Assembly: GCA_963841915.1 (NCBI GenBank)
Contig: CAWJEN010000003.1
Span: 192,001-256,000, forward strand
Length of the DNA stretch: 64,000 nucleotides
Direction: 5' to 3'
Source: an uncultured Planctomycetota bacterium
GTDB taxonomy: Bacteria; Planctomycetota; Phycisphaerae; Tepidisphaerales; Tepidisphaeraceae
In this document: piece by piece, positions 9,386 to 18,368 of the stretch
Layout: every line of letters begins with the position of its first letter
Numbering within the stretch: the stretch's first letter is position 1
Notes under the pieces: generated by a model
Seen by the model: only the letters and a program-made list of their open reading frames with translations
Told to the model about the DNA's origin: nothing
Databases searched by the model: none
Translations under genes and position numbers: made by a program

Positions 9386-9799
9386 ATGATTCTACTTCAC
9401 ATTCTACTGTTGTTGGTCGCTCATTTCGCAACGCAGATGTTAGATGAAGAGCCTACACTTCTTGTGCACTCTCCCTATACCATGTTTGAAATGTGCGCAG
9501 ATCCGGACGAGTTATGCAAAGATGAAGTAGTAATCCACTGCTTCTTGGAAGCCGATAACAAAACTATGAAGTTATTCATCCAAGCGATAGACGTCGGAGT
9601 CTTTGACATAAAAGCTCGCATACTACTGAGTGACGGCCGGCAAGCGGTTTTTGACACCAAGCATATTATTCCGCCTGGCAGTGCTCTATTTATCGAGAAC
9701 GTTGATGTCGTAGGTTTTCCCGCGCGGGGGGGCGATGATCTTCCTAGAGTTCCCGTTCCAAATTTCTTGATAGCAGAGATCAAATTCAAGAGGAAGTAG
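9386..9799 (+). CDS. Hypothetical AT-rich protein, possibly exported
   Basis: 137-aa ORF with a hydrophobic N-terminus and codon usage visibly AT-richer than its neighbours. Flanked by inverted repeats. Confidence 0.6.
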   Translation: MILLHILLLLVAHFATQMLDEEPTLLVHSPYTMFEMCADPDELCKDEVVIHCFLEADNKTMKLFIQAIDVGVFDIKARILLSDGRQAVFDTKHIIPPGSALFIENVDVVGFPARGGDDLPRVPVPNFLIAEIKFKRK

Positions 9800-9940
9800 G
9801 ACAGATAAAGGGGGCGCGGGGGCAGATAAAGGGGGGGGGCAGGGCAGATAAAGGGGTCGCGGGGCAGATAAAGGGGTCGCGCGGCAGCTAAAGGGGTCGC
9901 GGCGGCAGCTAAAGGGGGCAGATAAAGGGGTCGCGAGCCT
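9800..9940. repeat. Tandem array of 7 copies of a ~20-bp GGCAG(A/C)TAAAGGGGTCGC unit
   Basis: CAG(A/C)TAAAGGGG cores at 9802, 9823, 9845, 9865, 9885, 9906 and 9919. Confidence 0.95.
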
Positions 9941-10060
9941 TTTCATCACCTTGAACACCGCGTGCAGTTGACTGCCGTCGCACCAGCATCTTGTACCACA
10001 GCGGCCGACGTGGCGACGAGCGGGAGGCGGATCATCAATAGTCTGAGGCGGATGAGGCTG

Positions 10061-10098
10061 GCGACCCTCTATCTGCCTGCGCGACCCTTTATCTGCCC
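10061..10098. repeat. Two inverted copies of the same ~20-bp unit
   Basis: GCGACCCTCTATCTGCC and GCGACCCTTTATCTGCCC are reverse complements of the array unit. Confidence 0.9.
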
Positions 10099-10117
10099 GA
10101 TGCAGTCACATGCTGGT

Positions 10118-10146
10118 TTGAAGACGGTTGACCAGCGGTTTACAAT
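10118..10146 (+). promoter_or_regulatory. Sigma70-type promoter
   Basis: TTGAAG-N17-TACAAT upstream of the decayed ORF and the XRE gene. Confidence 0.6.
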
Positions 10147-10164
10147 CAGTGAGGCTGTCCTCGG

Positions 10165-10398
10165 GTAGATCCTTATGAGCAGGCCCGGCTGGTGGAGCAG
10201 GCTGGCGAGGCCGTGCTCGACAACGCCAAGCGGCTTCGTCGCCGTTTCGACGTGTTGAAATGGCTGTGCGAGGATCTTGAAGACGCTCTTCTGGATGGTT
10301 GAAATGCCGCGGAGGTGCTCGACGATGCGGCAGTTTTTAGTGCCGCGACTGAGGCATGGAAGTTCGTTGCCGAGATCAGCCAGTTTCTCCATCCATAG
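10165..10398 (+). pseudogene. Small helical ORF interrupted by an in-frame TGA
   Basis: VDPYEQARLVEQAGEAVLDNAKRLRRRFDVLKWLCEDLEDALLDG*NAAEVLDDAAVFSAATEAWKFVAEISQFLHP*, with the TGA at 10300-10302. Confidence 0.35.
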
Positions 10399-10420
10399 TT
10401 CAGAAGCAAGAGGAACCGAT

Positions 10421-10780
10421 GTGCGACGTAGCACTTTGACCCGATCGGCCGCCGCGCTTGTCAAGTACCTGATCGATGACCGGGGGCTGACCGTCATGGA
10501 GATCGCCAAGATCTGCGGCGTGGACAAGTCGTACATCAGTCGCTGCAAGCGCGGCGAGCGAGAGTTCGGCACGGGTCACATCGAGCGAATCGCTGACGCG
10601 GTCGGCGTATTGCCGGGTTCGCTCATGATCGCGGCCACCGCGCCGGCAACGCCGCATCCTGATCCGGAGGTTCGCAAGCTGCAGGCGTCGAGCGTCACGG
10701 CGATGAAGCAGTTCGACCAATTTATCGTTTCGCTCCGCCAGGCAAATGCCCCTGCCAAGGCCAAGCCTGAGGCGGCGTGA
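10421..10780 (+). CDS. XRE-family helix-turn-helix regulator
   Basis: RGLTVMEIAKICGVDKSYISRCKRGER...IERIADAVGV. AGAGGA lies upstream of the GTG. Confidence 0.8.
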   Translation: MRRSTLTRSAAALVKYLIDDRGLTVMEIAKICGVDKSYISRCKRGEREFGTGHIERIADAVGVLPGSLMIAATAPATPHPDPEVRKLQASSVTAMKQFDQFIVSLRQANAPAKAKPEAA

Positions 10781-10857
10781 TTGTCAGGCCGTTGTCGACA
10801 TGAGACGCGCCACGGCCGGGAAGCCGTGGCACGGTAATTTTGGACGTCTCGGTTGTT

Positions 10858-12318
10858 CTATCGCCGACGGAGCAGGCCGATGCCGCCGAGGCCGAGCAGG
10901 CTCAGGGCGGCCGGTTCGGGGACCAGCGTTAGTTGGCCAGTCGATTCGGTGAAGACGTACGTGCCGTTGCTCCACACGTCGTTCAGCTCGGCGAAGCCGC
11001 TGATGTCGAAGTTTGGGCCGTAGGTCAGGTTCTGCGTGTCGACGAGCGTCCAGACGGCATCGGTCGGCGCGGTCGGCAGGTCGAAGTTGAACGTGCCATC
11101 GAGATAGACAAGGGTGGCGTCGCCGGTGATGGAGTTGCTCGTGCCGTCTTCACCCAGGACGAAGTTGAAGGCGGCGTTGTTGCCGAGGCCGAATCGCCCT
11201 CCGTCGACGATAAGGTTGCCGGTCCACGTCGAGTCAGGCGACAGGAAGCGGACGGCCTGAGCATTGTTGCTGGCAGTCTGGCCGGGCAGAATGGTCAGGT
11301 CACCGGTGCCGGTGATGTCGGAGGTGACGTTGATTCTTCCGCGGAAGGCGTGGAACGTGCCACCGGCGTCGGTGACGTTAATGCTGCCGTCGAGGCGGAA
11401 AGTGGTCTCGGTCTCGTTGCCGCGGTTGGCGACAGAGCCGCCGTCGAGGATCAGGTTGTCGACCACCATCATCGCCTGGTTGTTGCTGCCACCGGGCGTG
11501 ATGAAGACGAGGCCGTCGAGCGTGTCAGCGGCTGTGGAGACGGTGTTGTTGACCGTCAGCGAGTCACCGCCGAAGCGGAAGTCGGCATCCCGGCTCGGTG
11601 TACGAAGTTGGAATTCGCCGGTCGAATAGTCGCCGCCCGCGTGGGCGAACTGGCCGTCACTCCAGCGGTCCTTGAGGTTGAAGCTGGAGGTGCCGTTCGG
11701 ATCATCTGCCGTGAGGGTGACGACATCGTCGTAGTTGGGCGCCTGCTGCCTGAAGAGGTTCAGGTTCATGTCGCGACCCATCTCGTAGACGAGCGCGACG
11801 TGGCGGTCGAAGTTGACCTCGTTGTACTCGTTGGAGAAGTTGAGGCCGTACGGGAAGAAGTGGAAGTTGTCGGCCCCGATGTTGGTGCCGATGCCGTCGA
11901 ACTGCTCGACCTTGCGGATGCCTCGTTCGCCGGTCCAGCGGTTGTTGCTAGCGTTGCGGTTGTTCTGATAGGCATTGGTGGTGCCCATGCCGAGCGTGTG
12001 GCCGATCTCGTGGAGCGAGACGCCTTCGTCGGGGAACCGTCCGCCGAAGCGGATGTTGCCGTTGAAGTTGCCGTCTGCGGTCGGGACGTTCTCGTTGTAG
12101 GTCACCCGCAGCGTCTTGGTGAAGCCGCCGTGGGCGTTGTAGCGATCAACGGCTGCGGTCATGGCGTCGACAGCCGCCTGTCGCCGGGCGGCGGTGGGCC
12201 AATCGCCCTCGACGGTAAACGTGATCTGCGCCGATGCCGCCGAACCCGAAGCAATTGTGGCCAGGGCTGCGGTAACAAGGGCGTGGGTGGTACGGCCGGC
12301 GAGGTAAGGCTTTGACAT
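10858..12318 (-). CDS. PEP-CTERM surface protein with HExxH zinc-metallopeptidase-like domain
   Basis: Signal peptide, LHEIGHTLG motif, beta-rich C-terminal half, and VPEPAALSLLGLGGIGLLRRR sorting signal. Confidence 0.85.
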   Translation of the reverse strand: MSKPYLAGRTTHALVTAALATIASGSAASAQITFTVEGDWPTAARRQAAVDAMTAAVDRYNAHGGFTKTLRVTYNENVPTADGNFNGNIRFGGRFPDEGVSLHEIGHTLGMGTTNAYQNNRNASNNRWTGERGIRKVEQFDGIGTNIGADNFHFFPYGLNFSNEYNEVNFDRHVALVYEMGRDMNLNLFRQQAPNYDDVVTLTADDPNGTSSFNLKDRWSDGQFAHAGGDYSTGEFQLRTPSRDADFRFGGDSLTVNNTVSTAADTLDGLVFITPGGSNNQAMMVVDNLILDGGSVANRGNETETTFRLDGSINVTDAGGTFHAFRGRINVTSDITGTGDLTILPGQTASNNAQAVRFLSPDSTWTGNLIVDGGRFGLGNNAAFNFVLGEDGTSNSITGDATLVYLDGTFNFDLPTAPTDAVWTLVDTQNLTYGPNFDISGFAELNDVWSNGTYVFTESTGQLTLVPEPAALSLLGLGGIGLLRRR

Positions 12319-12505
12319 GATCTCAGTTTGCGGCAGGAAGGCCGCTGTGGTGGAAACAACAGCCTAACTCATGGAAGTGGTTCCACCCACTGTCAAGTCA
12401 CACCAATTACTTGCCGAAGTTCGGCCTGCTGGCTAGGTGACGCTCGAGCGAGCATCAGGTTTAGACGCTGCAAGCGTCAATGATCTGGTACGACAGACGG
12501 TGCAC

Positions 12506-12536
12506 GAAAACGGGCCGTGTCCTGCGACACGACCCG
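12506..12536 (-). terminator. Intrinsic terminator
   Basis: CGGGTCGTGTC-GCAG-GACACGGCCCG followed by TTTT on the minus strand, downstream of the PEP-CTERM gene. Confidence 0.65.
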
Positions 12537-12563
12537 CGGTACAGCAATCTCTCCACACTTTTA

Positions 12564-13199
12564 TCAGCGGCGGCGACGCAGCATGGCCAGGCCACCGACG
12601 CCAAGTAGGGCGAGTGATGTCGGCTCGGGCACGACGATGCTGGCGTTGTCGAAGTAGACCGTGCCGTTGTCGCCGCGGAAGTCACCTCCGGAGTCGAGAG
12701 CGATGACAAACCGTGCACGATCGGCCCCGAGCGGAACGACGCCGGTCTGCATGTACTCGAGGTAATCGCCGGTGATAACCGGGGTCAGGTTGCCGGTCTG
12801 ATCGACGAAAGTGTCCGACGAGTCAAAGAACTCGATGCGTAGCTGCACCTCCGCGGTCAGCACGGACGGGCTGGGCGACTTGGCGAAGACGAAGAAATCG
12901 ACCACCTGACCGGGTGCCAAGCCGTTGACCTGGGTGAAGGCACCGGCAAACGAGGCATCCGAGTCAACGCCCACCTCGAGGGCCTGCGACCCACCGAGCG
13001 GCATGGTCGAGCCGTAACGGGAGAACGGCATGCCCGCGGGGTCGGAGAACGTGCCGAAGAAGCCCTCCCAGGCATCATCGAACGGAGCTCCGTCGAAGCT
13101 GAGCGTGCCCTCAAAGCCTGGATCGGCCAAGGACTGAGCGTGCGATGCCGAGACGGCAAGAGCGAGGCAGGCTGCCGAAGCAGCAAGTTCGAATTTCAT
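12564..13199 (-). CDS. PEP-CTERM protein with CBM-like jelly-roll domain
   Basis: AGGAGG SD, signal peptide ending SHA-Q, DPGFE...YFDNAS, and VPEPTSLALLGVGGLAMLRRRR. Confidence 0.85.
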   Translation of the reverse strand: MKFELAASAACLALAVSASHAQSLADPGFEGTLSFDGAPFDDAWEGFFGTFSDPAGMPFSRYGSTMPLGGSQALEVGVDSDASFAGAFTQVNGLAPGQVVDFFVFAKSPSPSVLTAEVQLRIEFFDSSDTFVDQTGNLTPVITGDYLEYMQTGVVPLGADRARFVIALDSGGDFRGDNGTVYFDNASIVVPEPTSLALLGVGGLAMLRRRR

Positions 13200-13320
13200 G
13201 ATGACCTCCTGTACGCCGCGAGAGGCGGCAACTAGGTACAACGGCGTAAGAGTTACGCCGCCAGGAGATTATCGGGTCCAGCCTGCCGATACAAGACCTC
13301 GCACGCATTTTGGAACAGTT

Positions 13321-14442
13321 TCAAGCGCGTTCATGGGTCGCTGCGGCGAGCAGGCGGCAGCCTTCGCGCAGGCGATCATCCGGCAGGGCGAAGCTGATGC
13401 GGAAGTGCGAATCGCGGCCGCTGAAGACGTTGCCCGGAATGATCAGCACGTTCTTTGCGATCATCTCCTCGCAGAACGCGGTTGCCGTCCTGCCATCGGG
13501 TGCCTTGGGGAAAGCGTAAAACGCGCCGTCCGGAATCGTCAGCTCAAACGCGTCGCCCAGCATCTCGGCGACGATGTCGCGCTTGCGGCGGTAGGCAGTG
13601 ACGTGTTCATCGACCGGCAGATCCAGTGCCGCAAGGGCTGCGTGCTGAAACGGTGCCGGGGCGCAAACGAACGTGTATTGCTGCAGCTTGATCATCTGCT
13701 CAGCGATGGCCTTGGGCGCACCCGCATAACCAAGTCGCCAGCCCGTCATGCCGTACGTTTTGCTGAAGCCGCGTAGCAGAATCGTCTTGTCGTACAGCTC
13801 GCTGATGCTCGGCACCGACGCCGCTTCGCCGTAGAGGAACGGCACGTAAATCTCGTCACTCACCACGAGCAGATCGTGCTTACGGGCCAGCTCCGCGGCG
13901 GCGTGCACTTCGGCCTGCGTCATTGTCACGCCCGTCGGATTGCTCGGCGAGTTGAGAATGAGCAGCTTCGTTCGCGGCGTGATTGCCGCCTCGACCTTGG
14001 CAGCATCGAAGCGGAAATCCGGGTAACTGTCGACCGGCACGCTCTTGCCACCCGCCATCGTGACGAGGTGGCGGTACATGACGAAGTACGGGTCGAGAAA
14101 GATGACCTCGTCGCCGGGGTTGATCGTCGCCAGGATCGAGAGAAACAGGCCACCACTGACGCCGCTCGTCACGAGCACCTCGTCGACCGGCCGCTTCATG
14201 TCGGCGGCCAATCGTTCGCGCAGTGGGGCGATGCCCTGCGTCGGCGTGTACCGGTTGTAGCCGTCGCGGATCGCCTGGATCGCCACGTCTTTGGCGGCGT
14301 TCGGGACGTCAAAGTCTGGCAAACCGATCGACAGGTTGATCGGATTCTCCAGCTTGGCTGCGAGGTCGAAGACGCGGCGGATGCCGCTGGCGTCGACGCC
14401 GAGGGCACGATGTGACAGATGTTCGGCAAGGTCGCGGGGCAC
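13321..14442 (-). CDS. PLP-dependent aminotransferase class I/II
   Basis: NSPSNPTG, SDEIY and FSKTYGMTGWRLGY motifs. Confidence 0.93.
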   Translation of the reverse strand: MPRDLAEHLSHRALGVDASGIRRVFDLAAKLENPINLSIGLPDFDVPNAAKDVAIQAIRDGYNRYTPTQGIAPLRERLAADMKRPVDEVLVTSGVSGGLFLSILATINPGDEVIFLDPYFVMYRHLVTMAGGKSVPVDSYPDFRFDAAKVEAAITPRTKLLILNSPSNPTGVTMTQAEVHAAAELARKHDLLVVSDEIYVPFLYGEAASVPSISELYDKTILLRGFSKTYGMTGWRLGYAGAPKAIAEQMIKLQQYTFVCAPAPFQHAALAALDLPVDEHVTAYRRKRDIVAEMLGDAFELTIPDGAFYAFPKAPDGRTATAFCEEMIAKNVLIIPGNVFSGRDSHFRISFALPDDRLREGCRLLAAATHERA

Positions 14443-14477
14443 GCCGCAGCGTACGCCCGCACCTCGGCGAGCCTGAT

Positions 14478-17400
14478 CTACAGCGTGACGACCCCGAGGT
14501 TCTCGAGTCGCACGACTCGGCCTTGCGTGTCGTCGTCGTCGTCGAACAAGCCGGTATCGCTGCCGGTCGTGTCGGCGATGAGAACGTCGACCGCGCCGTC
14601 ACCTGCGGCGAGTCCACCGGGCAGGTAGAGGTCTGGTCCCTCACCGCCCGTCAGCGTGTCTGCACCGTCGTCGCCGCGGAGCACGTCCGGGCCGCCGTTG
14701 CCTTGCAGGTCGTCGTCACCGTCTCCGCCGCCGAGCCAATTACGACCGTTGTCACCGATGAGGACGTCGGCGAACCGACTGCCGAGAACGTTAGCGAACG
14801 TGCCACTGATCGACCCGAACAAGCTGCCGGCACCGAGGATGTCGGTTGCCTGCCGCAGGTCGATGATGACACCCGCCGTCGCACTGGCGAAGGTGATGTC
14901 GTTCGTCCCGCCGGTGTCGGTGATGAGGTCGAAGCCGTTCCCCGCTGCCAGCGTGTCGTTGGCGTCGCCGCTGGTCAGGGTGTCGTCACCCGCGCCGCCG
15001 TCGAGGAACGTGCCGTTGTCACCGTTACCGATGAGCGTGTCGTCACCTTCGTCGCCAAAGGCGCTGCCGTCGGTGACGGTGATGGCATCGTTGCCTGCTC
15101 CGCCGCGGGCGCGGAGGAAGCCGCTGATGGTGTCGTCACCGCTGCCGCCAAGGGCGACCTCGACGTCGTCGCTGATCGTTACGCCACCCAAGGTGTCGCC
15201 GCGAATGAGGGTCAAGTCCTGTGACGATTCGCGGTAGTGCACGATGTCGCCACCGTCACCGCCGAAGACGGTGTCGCCCTCGGCACTCGATTGACCGGGC
15301 AGCAACAGGTCGTTGCCGTCACCACCCATGAGCAGGTCGGCACCCGCTCCGGCGCGGAGCGAGTCACGCCCTTCGCCACCGTCTAGCGTGTCGTCGCCTT
15401 CGCCGGCGTAGATGCGGTCGTCGCCGGCGTTGCCGGTCAGCGAGTCGTTGCCTTCGCCACCGAAGATGACGTCGACGCCGCTGCCGCCGATGAGCGTGTC
15501 GTTACCGAGCCCGCCGATGATGGTCATGGGCGACGTCGCGCTGGACATATCGATGAGGTCGTCACCGCTGGTGCCGAGCACGCGTTCGACGTCGGCCTCG
15601 AGGCTGGCGAGGCTGCCGGTGGAGCCGAGGCCGACGGTGAGGCCGGTGAGGTCGCCGGTGTCGTTGCCGCTTCCACCGCGAAGGGTGACGGTTCTGCCGT
15701 CGAGCGGCACGAGCGTGTCGCTGCCGTCACCACCATCGAGCAGGCCGCTGCCGACGATGCGGTCGCTGCCGGCACCGCCGGCCAGGGTGTCGTTGCCGCC
15801 GTTTCCGATCAGCGTGTCGTTACCGGTCCCGCCGTCGAAGCGGTCGGTTCCGGGGCCACCGGTGAACGTGTCGTCGCCACTTCCGCCGACGAAGGCGTCG
15901 ATGCCCGAGAAGCTGAAGGAGACGGACGAACTGCTGACCGTTTGGCTGACAGCATTAACGTCCAGATCGTCATCAACGCCTACGAACGTGAGCGTGTCGG
16001 TCCCGCCGGCACCGCTGACGGTGCTGGGCGAGCTGAGGCTGGTCAGCACGATCAAGTCGTTGTCGCCACCACCGGTCAGCGTGTCGTTGCCGTCACCGGT
16101 GAGGGTGTCGTTGCCACCGTTACCGATAGCCGATCGCGAGGCTGCCGAGCTGCCGGTGACGTCGATGTTGTCGTTGCCGCTGCCACCAATGAGCTGCTCG
16201 ATATCGCTTGCTATGAAATCGTCTTCACCGCTTTGGCCGTTTTCGCCGGTACTGCGGGCACGCAGGACGAGGTTCGTCGACCGGGCGGCGTAGTCGGCCA
16301 CGTCGCTCCCGGTGCCACCGACGAGTCGGTCGCTGCCGAGGTCGGCCAGGAGCGTGTCGTTGCCCGCGCCACCGTCGAGGGTGTCGTTGTTGGGCGAGCC
16401 GTCGAGGCGGTCGTTGCCGGCGTTACCGAAGGCATTCGTCGGGCCGCCGCCACCGCTAAGGGTGTCGTTACCAGTTCCGCCCAGGAGCGTGACGGGTTGG
16501 GTGACGCTGTCGCGGATGGCGACGTTGTCGTTCCCGCCTGCGGCAGTGACCACGATGCTCGAGACGCTGCCGACGGCAAACGACCGCGTCTCGCCGCCGA
16601 GGGTAGCAACGATGTTGCCACCGGTGTTGTTGACGACGATCGTGTCGGCGTTGTCCGTGCCGTTCACCCGCAGCGTGCTGCCGTCGAGCGTCGCAAACGA
16701 TGGCTGCTCGGGTGGCATCGGCGGCTCGGGCGGCGGCTCCGGCGGTGGCTCCGGCGGTGGTTCGGGTGGCGGTTCGGGTGGCGGTTCCGGTGGCGGTTCA
16801 CTCGTCACCGTCACGTCGATCTTCGTCACGAAGACGTCGTTGATCCCGGCTGCCGAGTCCAGTCGGCGACCGGCCAACAGCAGGTCACCGTCCGCCGTGA
16901 CGACAGAGCTCAGCACCAGATCGCTGAACGCACCAAGGTCGATGGCCACGCTGCCTGGCGTCGTGCTGTCGTCGCTGAAGTCGGTGTCGGGCGAGCCATC
17001 GCTTCGCAGCACAAGTGCGCCGATGTCCGTGCCGCCACCTTGTTGTCCGGCATATCCGCCGAGCACGAGCCGGCCGTCGCTGAGCGTCTGCACGCCGACG
17101 ACCTCATTGGCAAATCCGAAGCCGCGTCCGCCTGCCAGGCGTAGCCGCGGGTTGATCGCCAGCTGCCCGCTCGTGTTGTAGCGGACGATCTGGTTCTCGC
17201 CGTCGTCTTCGTTGATGCCGACGACCGGGCGACCTTGAGCGTCGAGCGTGACGCCGGTGGAGCGGAAGAAGTCGGTTCCGTTGAAGCCGACGAAGGCGTC
17301 GCCGCCGACGCCGAAGGACGTGTCGAGCGTGCCGTTACCGCTGACCGCATAGAGCGAGCTACGCGGCGGCTTGCCGTCGGGGCCGAGCGACCCGCTGTCG

Positions 17401-18185
17401 ATCTCGCGGACGTCGCCAAGTACGAGCAACCGCTGAGCATCACCGCCCTGCGGGGCCGGTACGACATCAACGACATCGAGGCTGATGAGCTCGTCGTCGA
17501 GATCGATGAGGTTGACCGGCGACCCGGTGGAGGCACCGCTTATCGTGAAGAACTGGACGACGGCTGCGTCGCCTTCGCCACCGACGTTGCCTGCCGCGAC
17601 GAGGCGTCCGCTGCTGATCGTCAGTTCAGGGGCGAAGCTGAGCGACAACACGCCGCCCGAGCCGAAGCTGCTGAGCAGTTGACCGGTCGTGCTGAGGCCG
17701 ACGATTTCGCCGGCGTTGCCGTTCTCGCGACCGACGAGCAACGTGCCGTTGGAGAGCGGAAGAAGATCGATTACGCCCGCGGCCGCGGCACGGTTGGGGA
17801 GCTCGACGATACCGTCGGAGCCGAACGACGTGTCAAGCTGACCGTTCGCGGTGAGCTTGGCGATGAACTCTTGACTTTCGCTGCCCGAGCCGTCGAGCGT
17901 GAAGCCACCCGCATAGATGCTGCCGTTCGGTGCGACGGCCAGCTCGACGATCGACTGGCTCGAGACACCGGGGGCCAGGTCGAAGGTAGCGAGGCCCGAC
18001 GTGCCGAAGGACGAGACGAGCTCACCCGCCGCCAGAAGGCGACGCCGTTCGAGTAGTTCCATCGGCGTCAGGAGAAGGGCGGGGGCGGTGGAGTGTGGCA
18101 AGGTGGGGCGGGCGATCGGTCGCATCAGGAGCGATAAGATGTCGTTCAGAGCGGCTTGCGGGCGTGGCCGGCGGTCGACGGACAC
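14478..18185 (-). CDS. Large secreted protein: LERRRLL motif, delta-60 beta-propeller repeats, Pro/Glu linker, RTX Ca-binding repeats
   Basis: ELLERRRLLA, repeated GxLDTSFG, (EPPP)n, and many GGxGNDTL nonamers. Start may be at 18185 or 18062. Confidence 0.85.
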   Translation of the reverse strand: MSVDRRPRPQAALNDILSLLMRPIARPTLPHSTAPALLLTPMELLERRRLLAAGELVSSFGTSGLATFDLAPGVSSQSIVELAVAPNGSIYAGGFTLDGSGSESQEFIAKLTANGQLDTSFGSDGIVELPNRAAAAGVIDLLPLSNGTLLVGRENGNAGEIVGLSTTGQLLSSFGSGGVLSLSFAPELTISSGRLVAAGNVGGEGDAAVVQFFTISGASTGSPVNLIDLDDELISLDVVDVVPAPQGGDAQRLLVLGDVREIDSGSLGPDGKPPRSSLYAVSGNGTLDTSFGVGGDAFVGFNGTDFFRSTGVTLDAQGRPVVGINEDDGENQIVRYNTSGQLAINPRLRLAGGRGFGFANEVVGVQTLSDGRLVLGGYAGQQGGGTDIGALVLRSDGSPDTDFSDDSTTPGSVAIDLGAFSDLVLSSVVTADGDLLLAGRRLDSAAGINDVFVTKIDVTVTSEPPPEPPPEPPPEPPPEPPPEPPPEPPMPPEQPSFATLDGSTLRVNGTDNADTIVVNNTGGNIVATLGGETRSFAVGSVSSIVVTAAGGNDNVAIRDSVTQPVTLLGGTGNDTLSGGGGPTNAFGNAGNDRLDGSPNNDTLDGGAGNDTLLADLGSDRLVGGTGSDVADYAARSTNLVLRARSTGENGQSGEDDFIASDIEQLIGGSGNDNIDVTGSSAASRSAIGNGGNDTLTGDGNDTLTGGGDNDLIVLTSLSSPSTVSGAGGTDTLTFVGVDDDLDVNAVSQTVSSSSVSFSFSGIDAFVGGSGDDTFTGGPGTDRFDGGTGNDTLIGNGGNDTLAGGAGSDRIVGSGLLDGGDGSDTLVPLDGRTVTLRGGSGNDTGDLTGLTVGLGSTGSLASLEADVERVLGTSGDDLIDMSSATSPMTIIGGLGNDTLIGGSGVDVIFGGEGNDSLTGNAGDDRIYAGEGDDTLDGGEGRDSLRAGAGADLLMGGDGNDLLLPGQSSAEGDTVFGGDGGDIVHYRESSQDLTLIRGDTLGGVTISDDVEVALGGSGDDTISGFLRARGGAGNDAITVTDGSAFGDEGDDTLIGNGDNGTFLDGGAGDDTLTSGDANDTLAAGNGFDLITDTGGTNDITFASATAGVIIDLRQATDILGAGSLFGSISGTFANVLGSRFADVLIGDNGRNWLGGGDGDDDLQGNGGPDVLRGDDGADTLTGGEGPDLYLPGGLAAGDGAVDVLIADTTGSDTGLFDDDDDTQGRVVRLENLGVVTL
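16720..16799. repeat. 12-nt coding tandem repeat (EPPP linker)
   Basis: About 7 degenerate GGTGGCGGTTC(C/G) units. Confidence 0.85.
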
Positions 18186-18368
18186 ACGCGAAGTCTACTC
18201 GATAGTCTTGATCGTGGCCGCTGACAAAGTTCGCACAGAACAGGGGACGAATGGTTCAACCTGGCGCCGCTTTGGTGCATTCGCGCGGTAACGACAGGAC
18301 GGGCGGCTGACGTCGCCGGACCATCGGGCGAGCGTGAGCAGGTGCTGCGGGCTATGTTGCAACGTCTT

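Noticed and set aside
9800..9940. CRISPR array
   Set aside because: The ~20-bp units are contiguous with no unique spacers, and there are no cas genes in the window.
10300..10302. Selenocysteine recoding of the in-frame TGA
   Set aside because: No Cys/redox context and no convincing SECIS-like hairpin directly downstream.
7471..10780. tRNA-Arg-anchored genomic island
   Set aside because: No integrase, no duplicated tRNA 3' end, and the genes directly after the tRNA have host-like composition.
10933..12315. Long antisense ORFs (also 7860-9284, 21586-22890, 47272-48276, 58224-59255, 59575-60795)
   Set aside because: Shadow frames of well-supported genes, expected in high-GC DNA, with no family motifs.
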